64,000 nt of DNA, from the NCBI GenBank assembly GCA_963674825.1, contig OY771587.1, positions 2,944,001 to 3,008,000 of the forward strand, given 5' to 3'. A program made the position numbers and the translations under genes. The DNA is from Candidatus Cloacimonadales bacterium (GTDB taxonomy: Bacteria; Cloacimonadota; Cloacimonadia; Cloacimonadales; JAIOQZ01). The notes below the pieces were generated by a model. It searched no databases. It was not told where the DNA came from and worked only from the letters and a program-made list of their open reading frames with translations. How positions within the stretch are numbered: position 1 is the first letter of the stretch; each line of letters opens with the position of its first letter. Positions 1 through 9,414 of the stretch are shown piece after piece.

Positions 1-1505
1 ACTCACCGTATTTCGATTCATTCACCATGAACAACAAGAACGTTCGCGGTGTCCACGGTGACTTGAACGTTGCCGGGCTGCGGTTGAAGGTCCTCTACGG
101 TGAATCCAAACGCAAGATCGACGGCGACTATGTCATCAATGCAGATTCGTCGCACACGATTACCGAATACGGTACGTTTAAGCGCAACACCTTCGGTTTC
201 CGTACCGAAGCCGGTTCGCGTTCGTCATTCCTCTGGGGTCTTAGTGTTGTGAAAAACAAAGACGAACGCTTCTCTCTTGATGAGATGGAAGTCATCGACT
301 CCGATGGCGTTCATGTGAACACACCCAAGGACAACCTGGTTATCGGTACCGACTTCCAGCTCGCCACCGCGCGCCGGGCGTTCGTACTTGGTGGTGAAGT
401 CGCGATGAGTCTTTATAACCATGATACCTACGATGGCGCAATGAGCAAAGACTCGCTCAATACCTATCTGTATGGCGACGACTCCAGCTCCGAGATCCCA
501 CTCGATCCCGAAGCAGTGGATGATATGATCATCATCAATAAAAACATGGAACCGATCATCCCGGGACAGTCGAGCCTGGCATTGCGACTTTACATGCAGT
601 TGAATGTCTATCGCAACTTCCTCTCAGTATCCTATTCCGAGATCGGATCGAGCTATAACTCGCTTTCGGCAAACTATCTGCAGAACGATACATCGATATT
701 GTCCGTCACAGATAATGTCAGTTTCTGGAGAAACCAGATCCAAATGGCGTTGGGTGTTAACTGGCAGGAAGACAACCTCTCCGACCAGAAAGCGAATACC
801 AACGAGACGCTCAACTGGTTTTCGCAGCTGACAATCGGTCCGAGCCGCCTTCCCGCGTTGCGCCTTGGCTATAGTGTTGCCAATACTGCAAACGATGCTG
901 AAGAAGAGGATGCGGAACTCGATCAGACGGTATCTACCTTGAATGTTGGGCTTTCGTATGACGCGATACAGTTACTGGCAGTGCCTACCATGTTCGCAGT
1001 CAATTTCAATACCAGTGATGGTGATAGCGACATGAACAATAACTTCGAAAGCAAGATGAACACCATCTCAATCTCAGCCGTATCGCGCTTCCGCGATCTT
1101 CCGGTCAAGACCGTCCTGCAGTTCAGCACGACCGGCAAGGACTTCGATCAGGTCGTGAGGGATTATGACGAAAATACCGACACGTACACCATTCTCTCCC
1201 AATATGAAGAGAATACGACGTACAACACCTTCTACGGCAAGATGGACTGGCAGTTCTTCCAGGAACGTCTGAAACCGTTCATGAGCATGAGCTGGACCAC
1301 CGTAACCGGCGACCAGGATAATGACGGACTCAAAACCGACACCGAGCAAAATATCTTCAGCACCAGTATCGGTACTTCGTACATGGTCATCGAAGATCTT
1401 GATACGATGCTCAGCTTCGGTATTCGTGAGTTCACTGACAACGAAGTCAGCCAAAACGACTACTCTCGCTTCGACATGAAGTTCAAAGCAAGTTATCGAT
1501 TCTAA
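1..1505 (+). CDS. Probable outer-membrane beta-barrel protein, likely 5'-truncated by the window edge
   Basis: Frame open from the window start; alternating beta-strand pattern; ends in aromatic residue (KASYRF), typical of BAM substrates. Confidence 0.6.
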   Translation, partial: SPYFDSFTMNNKNVRGVHGDLNVAGLRLKVLYGESKRKIDGDYVINADSSHTITEYGTFKRNTFGFRTEAGSRSSFLWGLSVVKNKDERFSLDEMEVIDSDGVHVNTPKDNLVIGTDFQLATARRAFVLGGEVAMSLYNHDTYDGAMSKDSLNTYLYGDDSSSEIPLDPEAVDDMIIINKNMEPIIPGQSSLALRLYMQLNVYRNFLSVSYSEIGSSYNSLSANYLQNDTSILSVTDNVSFWRNQIQMALGVNWQEDNLSDQKANTNETLNWFSQLTIGPSRLPALRLGYSVANTANDAEEEDAELDQTVSTLNVGLSYDAIQLLAVPTMFAVNFNTSDGDSDMNNNFESKMNTISISAVSRFRDLPVKTVLQFSTTGKDFDQVVRDYDENTDTYTILSQYEENTTYNTFYGKMDWQFFQERLKPFMSMSWTTVTGDQDNDGLKTDTEQNIFSTSIGTSYMVIEDLDTMLSFGIREFTDNEVSQNDYSRFDMKFKASYRF

Positions 1506-1512
1506 ACAACCT

Positions 1513-1546
1513 AAAACTGGCGGTGAGAAATCACCGCCAGTTTTTT
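1513..1546 (+). terminator. Rho-independent terminator, possibly bidirectional
   Basis: aaaa-ctggcggtga-gaaa-tcaccgccag-tttttt perfect stem with T-run. Confidence 0.85.
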
Positions 1547-1562
1547 ACCATTCGGACCGTTC

Positions 1563-3449
1563 ATGAAATTCGAGACATTTTCCAAAAATCTTAGATTCTT
1601 TGCGCTTCTGTTTCTGATCTTCATCCTGCTGCAAGTGTTCTTCCTTACCGATTTCTGGGTTCACTTCGATTACAAGGTTTATGACACATTCGTGCAGTAT
1701 AGAGGTGCGACAGAACTCTCCAACGACATCCTCATCGTCAACATCGATCAGGATACATTCGATTCAATCGAAACCTACAGCTGGCCCTATCCACGGACGG
1801 TTTATGCCAAACTGATCGAGAATATCTTCGAAGCAGGTGCGAAGCTGGTTGTCGTCGATATCGAATTCACCGAGTCGCGCGACGCGGTGGAAGACAGCAT
1901 CCTCGCTGCGACCTGCGCGAAATACCGAGACAAGCTGGTAATGGCTGGGTCTGTGATAAGAGAGCATCACGCGGGATATATACACGAGCGCATTGTGCCG
2001 CCCATCAAACCGTTGCTGGAAGCAGGAATTCCTTGGGGTGTAGTAAATATTCACACCGACGCAGACGGTTTTGTGCGCCACTATTCGCTTTATCAGAAGT
2101 ACCGCGAGCGCGATTATTACGCTTTGGGTGTTCTCGGCCTGGCGCTATACAACGACGGGCACAAGCAGATGCTGACGAATATCCACGACGGGAATCCGTT
2201 TGTGATCGATGGAGAGCATCCGATCTCTATCCCCAAGTTTGGAGCTAATACAGCCATGATCCGGTTCTATGGATCGGCCGGGAAATTCCAGTGGGTGCCG
2301 CTCTATCAGATCGTCGATGACATGATGTTCGATATCTCCGATTTCGACCTGGATTCATATGAAAATCACATCCTTGCAGACAGTGTCTTGAAGGACAAGA
2401 TCGTCCTCATTGGATCCACGCTCAAAGAGCATCATGACTACTTCAGCACGCCATTTTACTCGGGCCTGACACCCGGTGTGGAAATCCACGCCAATTTCAT
2501 GGAGATGTGTCTGCACGACGACGCCATCGATCGCTTTCCATTCATCTGGTGGCTGATCATCCAGTTCGCGATGTTCGTGGTGCTGAGCTACGTATTCGTC
2601 AGGATATCACCTGGTGTATCACTGTTCATTACCCTTGCGTTGATCGCGGCAAGCCTATGCGGAACCTATCAACTGCTTACGCGGCTGGATACCTTCGCGC
2701 CAAACCTGGAAATACCGCTTCTGATCGCGATCCTTTATTTCATAAGCCTGCTGCGTCATTACATTCGAACTTCCCGTGAAAAGCGGCAAATTCGTAACGC
2801 CTTCCGCCAGTATATGGCGCCGGATCTGGTAAATGAACTGCTTCGTCATCCCGACCAGCTTAAATACGGTGGTGAGGAGAAGGTGATCACGGTTCTGTTT
2901 TCCGATATCCGATCGTTCACCACATACACTGAGAGCCATCCACCGCAGGAAACGGTCGCGATGCTGCGCGAATACCTTACCGCGATGGTCGATTGCATCA
3001 TTCGGCACAAGGGAACGCTGGACAAATTTGTGGGGGATGAAATCATGGCATTGTTCGGTGTACCGGTAGAGCTCGAAAGCCACGCTTTGGTTGCGTGCCG
3101 GGTAGCTCTGGAGATGCGCGTCGAGCTTGAGAAGTTGCACGAGAAATGGCGATCCGAAGGCAAACAGATCTTCGAGATTGGTATCGGCTTGAACAGTGGT
3201 CCTGCTACGGTGGGAAATCTTGGTTCAGAGCAGATTTTCGACTACACAGCGATTGGAGACAATATCAACCTCGGGGCTCGCCTGGAAGCGCTGAACAAGG
3301 AATACGACGCCGAGCACAAGATCATCATCAGCGATAGAACCTTGAAATTTGTGGAAGGGCAGGTCGATGTTCGCTACCTGGGTGAAGTAAAAGTCAAGGG
3401 TAAAGAGGAAGCTGTGAAGATCTATTCTCTGATAGGTATTAAAGAATAA
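1563..3449 (+). CDS. CHASE2-domain class III adenylate/guanylate cyclase
   Basis: N-terminal TM; CHASE2 motifs (IVNID..WPYPR, PGVEIHA); 3 TMs; cyclase motifs [38 protein letters not shown]. Confidence 0.93.
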   Translation: MKFETFSKNLRFFALLFLIFILLQVFFLTDFWVHFDYKVYDTFVQYRGATELSNDILIVNIDQDTFDSIETYSWPYPRTVYAKLIENIFEAGAKLVVVDIEFTESRDAVEDSILAATCAKYRDKLVMAGSVIREHHAGYIHERIVPPIKPLLEAGIPWGVVNIHTDADGFVRHYSLYQKYRERDYYALGVLGLALYNDGHKQMLTNIHDGNPFVIDGEHPISIPKFGANTAMIRFYGSAGKFQWVPLYQIVDDMMFDISDFDLDSYENHILADSVLKDKIVLIGSTLKEHHDYFSTPFYSGLTPGVEIHANFMEMCLHDDAIDRFPFIWWLIIQFAMFVVLSYVFVRISPGVSLFITLALIAASLCGTYQLLTRLDTFAPNLEIPLLIAILYFISLLRHYIRTSREKRQIRNAFRQYMAPDLVNELLRHPDQLKYGGEEKVITVLFSDIRSFTTYTESHPPQETVAMLREYLTAMVDCIIRHKGTLDKFVGDEIMALFGVPVELESHALVACRVALEMRVELEKLHEKWRSEGKQIFEIGIGLNSGPATVGNLGSEQIFDYTAIGDNINLGARLEALNKEYDAEHKIIISDRTLKFVEGQVDVRYLGEVKVKGKEEAVKIYSLIGIKE

Positions 3450-3468
3450 CGAATATGGAGTTGATAGC

Positions 3469-3945
3469 ATGCACGAGAAGATCAAACGAGTTTCGGAACT
3501 GAAGGCGTTGCTGGATCTTGATAAGAATAAGAAGGTCGTCTTCACGAACGGTTGCTTCGATATCATCCATGTGGGCCATGTTGTGTATTTAAGCGAGGCG
3601 AAATCTCTGGGTGATATTCTGGTGGTTGGTCTTAACAGCGATTCGTCGGTGAAGCGTCTTAAGGGCGAGAGCAGACCAGTGAATAATCAGCGCGACCGCG
3701 CAACGGTGCTCTCAGCGCTGGAGTCGGTAGACTATGTGGTGATCTTCGATGAGGATACTCCTTATAACCTGATCAATGCGCTCATACCGGATGTCCTGGT
3801 TAAGGGTGGCGATTGGTTACCGGATCAGATTGTCGGAGCTGACATCGTGATCAAAAACGGAGGTACGGTAAGAAGCCTTCGGTTTGTGCAGGGAAAATCG
3901 ACCACGAATCTGATCGAACAAATTCAAAAAAAGGACGAGAACTGA
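3469..3945 (+). CDS. rfaE2: D-glycero-beta-D-manno-heptose 1-phosphate adenylyltransferase (RfaE domain II)
   Basis: [37 protein letters not shown] motifs. Confidence 0.92.
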   Translation: MHEKIKRVSELKALLDLDKNKKVVFTNGCFDIIHVGHVVYLSEAKSLGDILVVGLNSDSSVKRLKGESRPVNNQRDRATVLSALESVDYVVIFDEDTPYNLINALIPDVLVKGGDWLPDQIVGADIVIKNGGTVRSLRFVQGKSTTNLIEQIQKKDEN

Positions 3946-3946
3946 T

Positions 3947-4372
3947 ATGGAGATGAACGACGGCATCGAGAAAGGTGTGGTGAAATCGATTGAAAACGGT
4001 GTGGCGACGGTAGTTGTCGGAAGAACCGGTGCATGCGACAGTTGCATGATCAGCGGCATGTGTATGGGGAAGAATAAAACGATTGAACACCAGATTCGCA
4101 CCAATATTCCACTGAAACCTGGCGATTGCGTTCGTATCGAAATTGCTCCTGCATCGCGGATTGCGTCATCATTCATCGTGTTTATCGTACCGATCATCAT
4201 GATGGTGGTTTTTTACTCTGTAGGACGTTTTCTGATTCACCTTGAGGAAGTTTTCAGCATCCTCGTCTCGATCGGCGGACTGCTACTCAGCGGTATCATC
4301 ATATATATGTTCGATAAGCTGATGAGTGGTAAGATTAACGTGGAGATCATGGAAAAGCTGGAGGAAGCATGA
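3947..4372 (+). CDS. RseC/MucC family membrane protein
   Basis: GVV..CDSC....C motif, GD.V.I, two C-terminal TMs. Confidence 0.8.
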   Translation: MEMNDGIEKGVVKSIENGVATVVVGRTGACDSCMISGMCMGKNKTIEHQIRTNIPLKPGDCVRIEIAPASRIASSFIVFIVPIIMMVVFYSVGRFLIHLEEVFSILVSIGGLLLSGIIIYMFDKLMSGKINVEIMEKLEEA

Positions 4373-4728
4373 AAGTCCATCTGAACAATATGATATTCTA
4401 CGGCTACCATGGTGTGTTCCCGGAGGAACGCAAGCTTGGTCAGCGATTCATTGTCACCCTGATGTTCGAGACGAATCCCGACCTCGATCTGGAAATTCAT
4501 GCGCTCGAAGATACGGTAGATTACACCCGTGTTTTCGACGAGGTCAAGCACATCATGGAGACGCACCAGTTTTACATTTTAGAGAAATGCGCCAACGAGA
4601 TTCTCGACAAGCTTTTCTCCGATTTCCCGAAGATCATGCGTGCGAATATCCGCATCAAGAAGCCATTTGTCGCCATCAACGCCTCTCTGGACGGCGTGGA
4701 AGTTGAAATGGAGCGTACGCGGGAATGA
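4369..4728 (+). CDS. folB: Dihydroneopterin aldolase
   Basis: FYGYHGV..EERKLGQRF, TVDY, IKKP; ATGA overlaps with neighbours. Confidence 0.93.
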   Translation: MKVHLNNMIFYGYHGVFPEERKLGQRFIVTLMFETNPDLDLEIHALEDTVDYTRVFDEVKHIMETHQFYILEKCANEILDKLFSDFPKIMRANIRIKKPFVAINASLDGVEVEMERTRE

Positions 4729-5180
4729 TCGTCTATCTCTCGTTGGGTTCCAATCTGGGGGAGCGCGACGCGAATCTCAAACACGCCCTTCGCATGCTGG
4801 ACGAATTACCGGATACTCTTCTGCAAAATGTCAGCAGCATCCTGGAAACCGAGCCCTGGGGATACACACGCCAACCGCAGTTTCTAAACTGCGCAGCACG
4901 CATCGAAACAACGCTTTCCTGCAACGATCTCCTCGCAGCCTGCCAAAGCATCGAAAAGGAGCTTGGACGCGAGCGGGATATTCATTGGGGTCCGCGCGTG
5001 ATCGATATCGACATTGTCTTCTATGGGGATCGGGTGATCCAAGAGGAGCACTTGAAGGTTCCGCATATTCATGCGCACGAGCGGAGATTCGTTCTGGAAC
5101 CACTGGTGGAAATCGATCCCGACCTGCTGCACCCGATTCTCAAGATGACGGTTGCAGAGTTATTACGACGACTCGACTAA
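4725..5180 (+). CDS. folK: 2-amino-4-hydroxy-6-hydroxymethyldihydropteridine diphosphokinase
   Basis: YLSLGSNLG, ETEPWG, FLN, WGPRVIDIDI, PH...ERRFVL. Confidence 0.95.
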   Translation: MIVYLSLGSNLGERDANLKHALRMLDELPDTLLQNVSSILETEPWGYTRQPQFLNCAARIETTLSCNDLLAACQSIEKELGRERDIHWGPRVIDIDIVFYGDRVIQEEHLKVPHIHAHERRFVLEPLVEIDPDLLHPILKMTVAELLRRLD

Positions 5181-5202
5181 CAGAACATTTCCGGGGGATT
5201 AA

Positions 5203-5655
5203 ATGCTCAAACTTCTTGTGTTTCTGCGTTATACGATTGTCTTTTGCGCTGTATTCTTAGGCTTCTTCTTTGCTTCTCAGCCAGACCTGGCGTTGAAAAT
5301 CGTCTCGTTGGGAATGGTGGGTGCGGTTGGTATTCTCAGCTTCATCACGCATGTTCCACTCCACAAGGCTGATGCTGCACGGCTTGGATGGAAAACAGAA
5401 CGCCCGGACTGGCAGTTCGAAGTCGGTTTTGCAAATCTCTCGTTTGGCCTTGCCTCGATATTGGCAGCTTTTTGGTGCGGGGGTATGCGCGTTGTTTTAA
5501 TCTGCTATGCAATTTACTTGTTACAGGCTGCGATACTTCACGGATACAGAGCCCTGAGCGTGAAGCCGGTGGAACTTGCCCGGCTCTTCCGTAGCAGCTT
5601 TCTAACGCTTATTTACAGCGTCTTCATGATATACTTCGCGGTGTATCTGAAATAG
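5203..5655 (+). CDS. Small multi-TM membrane protein (DUF6790-like)
   Basis: Hydrophobic helices; A..LGW....WQFEVGFANL motif. Confidence 0.65.
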   Translation: MLKLLVFLRYTIVFCAVFLGFFFASQPDLALKIVSLGMVGAVGILSFITHVPLHKADAARLGWKTERPDWQFEVGFANLSFGLASILAAFWCGGMRVVLICYAIYLLQAAILHGYRALSVKPVELARLFRSSFLTLIYSVFMIYFAVYLK

Positions 5656-5667
5656 TCAGAATTTTAT

Positions 5668-7353
5668 CTAGCCATCAATAGACGGAGAGTGTTTGTCGAT
5701 ATTTTCTTTCTGATCAAAAACCACCATCTGTGTGCCTTCGCTATATTCTTCGAATCGAATCGCATCAGCCGAGTGGAATTTCTTCAGAATATCTTGAATG
5801 CGCTCGAGAGAACTGCTGATATTGTTCAATCGCTTAATCTGTCCTGCATCCAATGAATCGAGATCAATCGTCATCATGTACATTTCAAGGTTCCCTTTCA
5901 GGATCATCAGGGGCTGGTTAATCTCATGGCTTGCCGTAACTGCCATCGCCAGCGCGGATGTCTTGCGTTCCAGTTCAGCCTTCTCACGCTCAGCTCGAAC
6001 ACGCTGCTGGAATTCCTGATGCATGACTTGATTTGCTTTTGTCAGCTCTCCATGCTGCTTTTCTGCTTCTTCCTGATATTGTGAGTATGCGCGCTGGATT
6101 CTTCTGGAAATTCCGTAAAACAATGCGATACCGGTCAATGTATAAGCGAGAATCAAAAGCAGCAGCTTGAGGTAATCGCTCCGGAGAATACTATAGATCG
6201 TGTTTTTATCGTAAAGCAGTGGCTGGTCGTTCGTTCCGAATACAATCTTCCGGAAGTACTCTTTATTCTCCTCGGCTGATTCGTTAAACTGGTTGAATGA
6301 TATACTTCTGGCAATAATCCAGTTCGTTTCGGGAATTATTTTGTAGTAGGTGAGAAGTTCTTCGGGTTTTTGCCCCATTTTACGCTGTTCAACTGAACGA
6401 ATGTAAGCTTCGCCGGTCATACGGATTTCCTTCAACATCTCACTGTAAAAAGGATACTCGTGGATGTCGATCTCATTGGATGAAATCAGTTTGCCGTTGT
6501 TGCGAGGTATTTGCTGGTCAACCAGGATTCGAGCGAACCCATCTCCACCCTCGGCGTTGATAAGTTCCATAATACGTGTGTTGGACTCCGTTTCTATATT
6601 GCGAGAGAGGGTACCCAGGTGATTCATCAAGTTTCGAGTAAGCTCAGTGTAAAACGATTGCTCATAAGCACCGAAGCACAGGATCCAGCCCGTATGTTTG
6701 ATGTGAATTGCTTGAGCCAGCGCTGGTTGTTTACTTTTATCTTCGGTGTTCCCAGATGTAGGATAATGGAACCAGGATTCCGAATTGGTCTTCATCGTAT
6801 TGACGATTCGAGTGACATCGTATTTCTGATAAAGGGTATCTCGATTTAATTGCTCTTTATTACCTTCACCACCGCAATAATGCCTTATTTCTCCCTTCTC
6901 ATCCAGAACGAAGTAGAAACGATCCTTGGGGCAGCTAAGTTTCAGATTTTCTTCTTCATCGGATGCATTTTCCCCCTCGTCAGAGACATCACGCGTGATT
7001 GAACCAGAGAGCATTTGCAGGGTATTTTGTATATCTGTACGAATCAAACGTTCGATTTGAGCCTGAACTTGGAAAATGTTCTCGATTTCAAGATTCGTGG
7101 TTTCTTTCAGCATCTGACGGTTACGCTGGATCATCTCGCCCTGGATCATACGAGACATAGTATTAAATCGTTTTTCGAAAGTTTCCCTCTGGAAGGAGAC
7201 ATTCCGTTCGAAAAACTTGCTCTGTTCCAGGAAGATGCGGTTCAAATTATGATATAGTATATACCCGACGCCTGCTGAAAGAAGCAGAACGACGACCAGC
7301 GAACTGATCATGTGTATTTTATACACTCCAGGCTGTTCGAGTGACTTTTTCAT
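5668..7353 (-). CDS. Membrane sensor with Cache-like periplasmic region and HisKA phosphoacceptor but no HATPase domain
   Basis: TM, long periplasmic region, TM, coiled coil, H-box TASHEINQPL; ends about 85 aa later with no N/G1/F/G2 boxes. Confidence 0.75.
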   Translation of the reverse strand: MKKSLEQPGVYKIHMISSLVVVLLLSAGVGYILYHNLNRIFLEQSKFFERNVSFQRETFEKRFNTMSRMIQGEMIQRNRQMLKETTNLEIENIFQVQAQIERLIRTDIQNTLQMLSGSITRDVSDEGENASDEEENLKLSCPKDRFYFVLDEKGEIRHYCGGEGNKEQLNRDTLYQKYDVTRIVNTMKTNSESWFHYPTSGNTEDKSKQPALAQAIHIKHTGWILCFGAYEQSFYTELTRNLMNHLGTLSRNIETESNTRIMELINAEGGDGFARILVDQQIPRNNGKLISSNEIDIHEYPFYSEMLKEIRMTGEAYIRSVEQRKMGQKPEELLTYYKIIPETNWIIARSISFNQFNESAEENKEYFRKIVFGTNDQPLLYDKNTIYSILRSDYLKLLLLILAYTLTGIALFYGISRRIQRAYSQYQEEAEKQHGELTKANQVMHQEFQQRVRAEREKAELERKTSALAMAVTASHEINQPLMILKGNLEMYMMTIDLDSLDAGQIKRLNNISSSLERIQDILKKFHSADAIRFEEYSEGTQMVVFDQKENIDKHSPSIDG

Positions 7354-7513
7354 TCGTAGTATCGTGCTTTTCCTGACTATTTCTTTTTTTTGCTTTACAC
7401 CTATATAATAATATGTTCACTAACCTTTGAATGTCGAATGAAAAAAGCTCGATTCACTATTTAACTGGTTATACGAGGGTTGCGGGACTCGTAGAAATCC
7501 TGCGGGAGGTAAT

Positions 7514-8569
7514 ATGATCACCTTTGAAAAAATGGTTGAACTTCTGGGAGATGACGCGAAGGTTCTCCTTGATCACCGTTGCGTAGGCGTACCGAAAGAC
7601 GTGCTTCATCTGCCTTCACCATCCTGGATCGATCAGTGCATGATCCCAACGGACAGGCCAGCTCCTGTTCTGCGCAACATGCAGGCAATGCTTGGGCATG
7701 GAAGGCTCGCCAATTCGGGCTATCTCTCGATATTACCTGTTGACCAGGGTATCGAGCACAGCGCGGGGGCATCATTCGCTCCGAATCCGATCTATTTCGA
7801 TCCGGAAAACATCGTAAAACTGGCTATTGAAGGCGGCTGTAACGCAGTCGCATCGACATTGGGTGTTTTGGGCTCTGTGTGCAGAAAGTACGCTCACAAG
7901 ATCCCCTTCATTCTCAAGCTTAATCATAACGAACTCCTGACCTACCCGAACACTTTCGATCAGATCATGTTCGCTGACATAGACCAGGCGTTCGAGATGG
8001 GCGCGGTTGCCGTTGGCGCGACAATCTACTTCGGCTCGGACGAGAGCACGCGGCAAATCATGGAAGTTGCCGAGGCTTTTCGCTATGCACACAGCCTCGG
8101 GCTGGTTACCATCCTATGGGCTTATCTGCGGAATCCTGCCTTCAAAAAAGATAAGGATTACCATCTTTCCGCCGACCTTACCGGGCAGGCAAATCACCTG
8201 AGCGTCACCATCGAGGCCGACATCGTCAAACAGAAGCAGCCCGAGAATAATGGCGGTTACAATGCGCTCAAGTTCGGGAAAACCCACGAGAAAGTCTATA
8301 CAGAGTTGACCAGTGATAATCCTATTGATCTTACGCGCTACCAGCTATTGAACTGCTACAACGGCAGGTCGGGTCTGATCAATTCAGGCGGAGCATCCGG
8401 CGAGAATGACCTGGCGCAGGCGGTTCGTACAGCTGTGATCAACAAACGTGCCGGCGGTATGGGTCTAATTTCTGGAAGAAAGGCGTTCCAGAAACCGATG
8501 AAGGATGGTGTCGCGATTCTCAACGCTATCCAGGATGTTTATCTCGAAAAGAGGATAACAATCGCATAG
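7514..8569 (+). CDS. fbaB: Class I fructose-bisphosphate aldolase (FbaB/DhnA type)
   Basis: [57 protein letters not shown]. Confidence 0.96.
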   Translation: MITFEKMVELLGDDAKVLLDHRCVGVPKDVLHLPSPSWIDQCMIPTDRPAPVLRNMQAMLGHGRLANSGYLSILPVDQGIEHSAGASFAPNPIYFDPENIVKLAIEGGCNAVASTLGVLGSVCRKYAHKIPFILKLNHNELLTYPNTFDQIMFADIDQAFEMGAVAVGATIYFGSDESTRQIMEVAEAFRYAHSLGLVTILWAYLRNPAFKKDKDYHLSADLTGQANHLSVTIEADIVKQKQPENNGGYNALKFGKTHEKVYTELTSDNPIDLTRYQLLNCYNGRSGLINSGGASGENDLAQAVRTAVINKRAGGMGLISGRKAFQKPMKDGVAILNAIQDVYLEKRITIA

Positions 8570-9322
8570 ATGACCGAGAAAGCAAGAACATCGAAACCCG
8601 ATCTGCGTACGATGCTGATCATCGTGTGTCTGATCACTTCCATGAGCATGATCTATCAGCGCATCGCGGTACAGGTTGGCGCTCTCGTTATGACCATCGT
8701 TCTTCTGGCCATCCACAGCGGAGGTGGCAGTAATCTGATGCGACTGAGGAAGCGTCTATCCCGAATCGGCAGGATTATCGCGATTTTATTCGTTGTGCAG
8801 TTGCTGCTTCGTCGTACCGGTGATCCGATCTGGCAGTGGAGCTTCGTCGTGATAACCGATACAGGGCTGGAGTATGCGCTGGTCGTCTCGCTGAGGTTGA
8901 TCCTGATTATCCTGGTGGCCGGCTTGCTTTTCGATTATCCGTTTACAGATTATCTCCGTGCCTTCAGAGCATGGCGGATTCCGTATGAAATCTCGTTCCT
9001 GATCGCGAACACGATCCATTTCATTCCAGTGTTTCGCAGGCAGGCGATCCAGATGAAAGAAGCGTTGCAGATACGAGGTATTCAGCTTGGAACGATTCCC
9101 TTACGCCGTCGCGGCAAAGCTCTTGCAAGTCTGGCGCTTCCGATCGTAGCCGGGATTCTCAATGACGTTAAATATCGCGCGATATCGCTTGAAATGCGCG
9201 GATTCCGATACCGCGATACCCGAACCGATTTTCTTAAGAGCAAGCTGACTCCCGCAGACCTCTCAATTCAGGTCATCGGATTCATGATATTCGGCGCGCT
9301 CCTTTTTTTGCTGAAAACCTGA
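8570..9322 (+). CDS. Energy-coupling factor transporter transmembrane component T (EcfT/CbiQ family)
   Basis: Multi-TM; two conserved Arg motifs (ALQIRG, SLEMRGF). Confidence 0.85.
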   Translation: MTEKARTSKPDLRTMLIIVCLITSMSMIYQRIAVQVGALVMTIVLLAIHSGGGSNLMRLRKRLSRIGRIIAILFVVQLLLRRTGDPIWQWSFVVITDTGLEYALVVSLRLILIILVAGLLFDYPFTDYLRAFRAWRIPYEISFLIANTIHFIPVFRRQAIQMKEALQIRGIQLGTIPLRRRGKALASLALPIVAGILNDVKYRAISLEMRGFRYRDTRTDFLKSKLTPADLSIQVIGFMIFGALLFLLKT

Positions 9323-9414
9323 CACAATAGTTTGACAGAATTACTTGATTGATATAACAATACTTCCAAGTACCATTAGCGCTCAACCATGAGCGAATAG
9401 AGGGGTGTTTCTCG

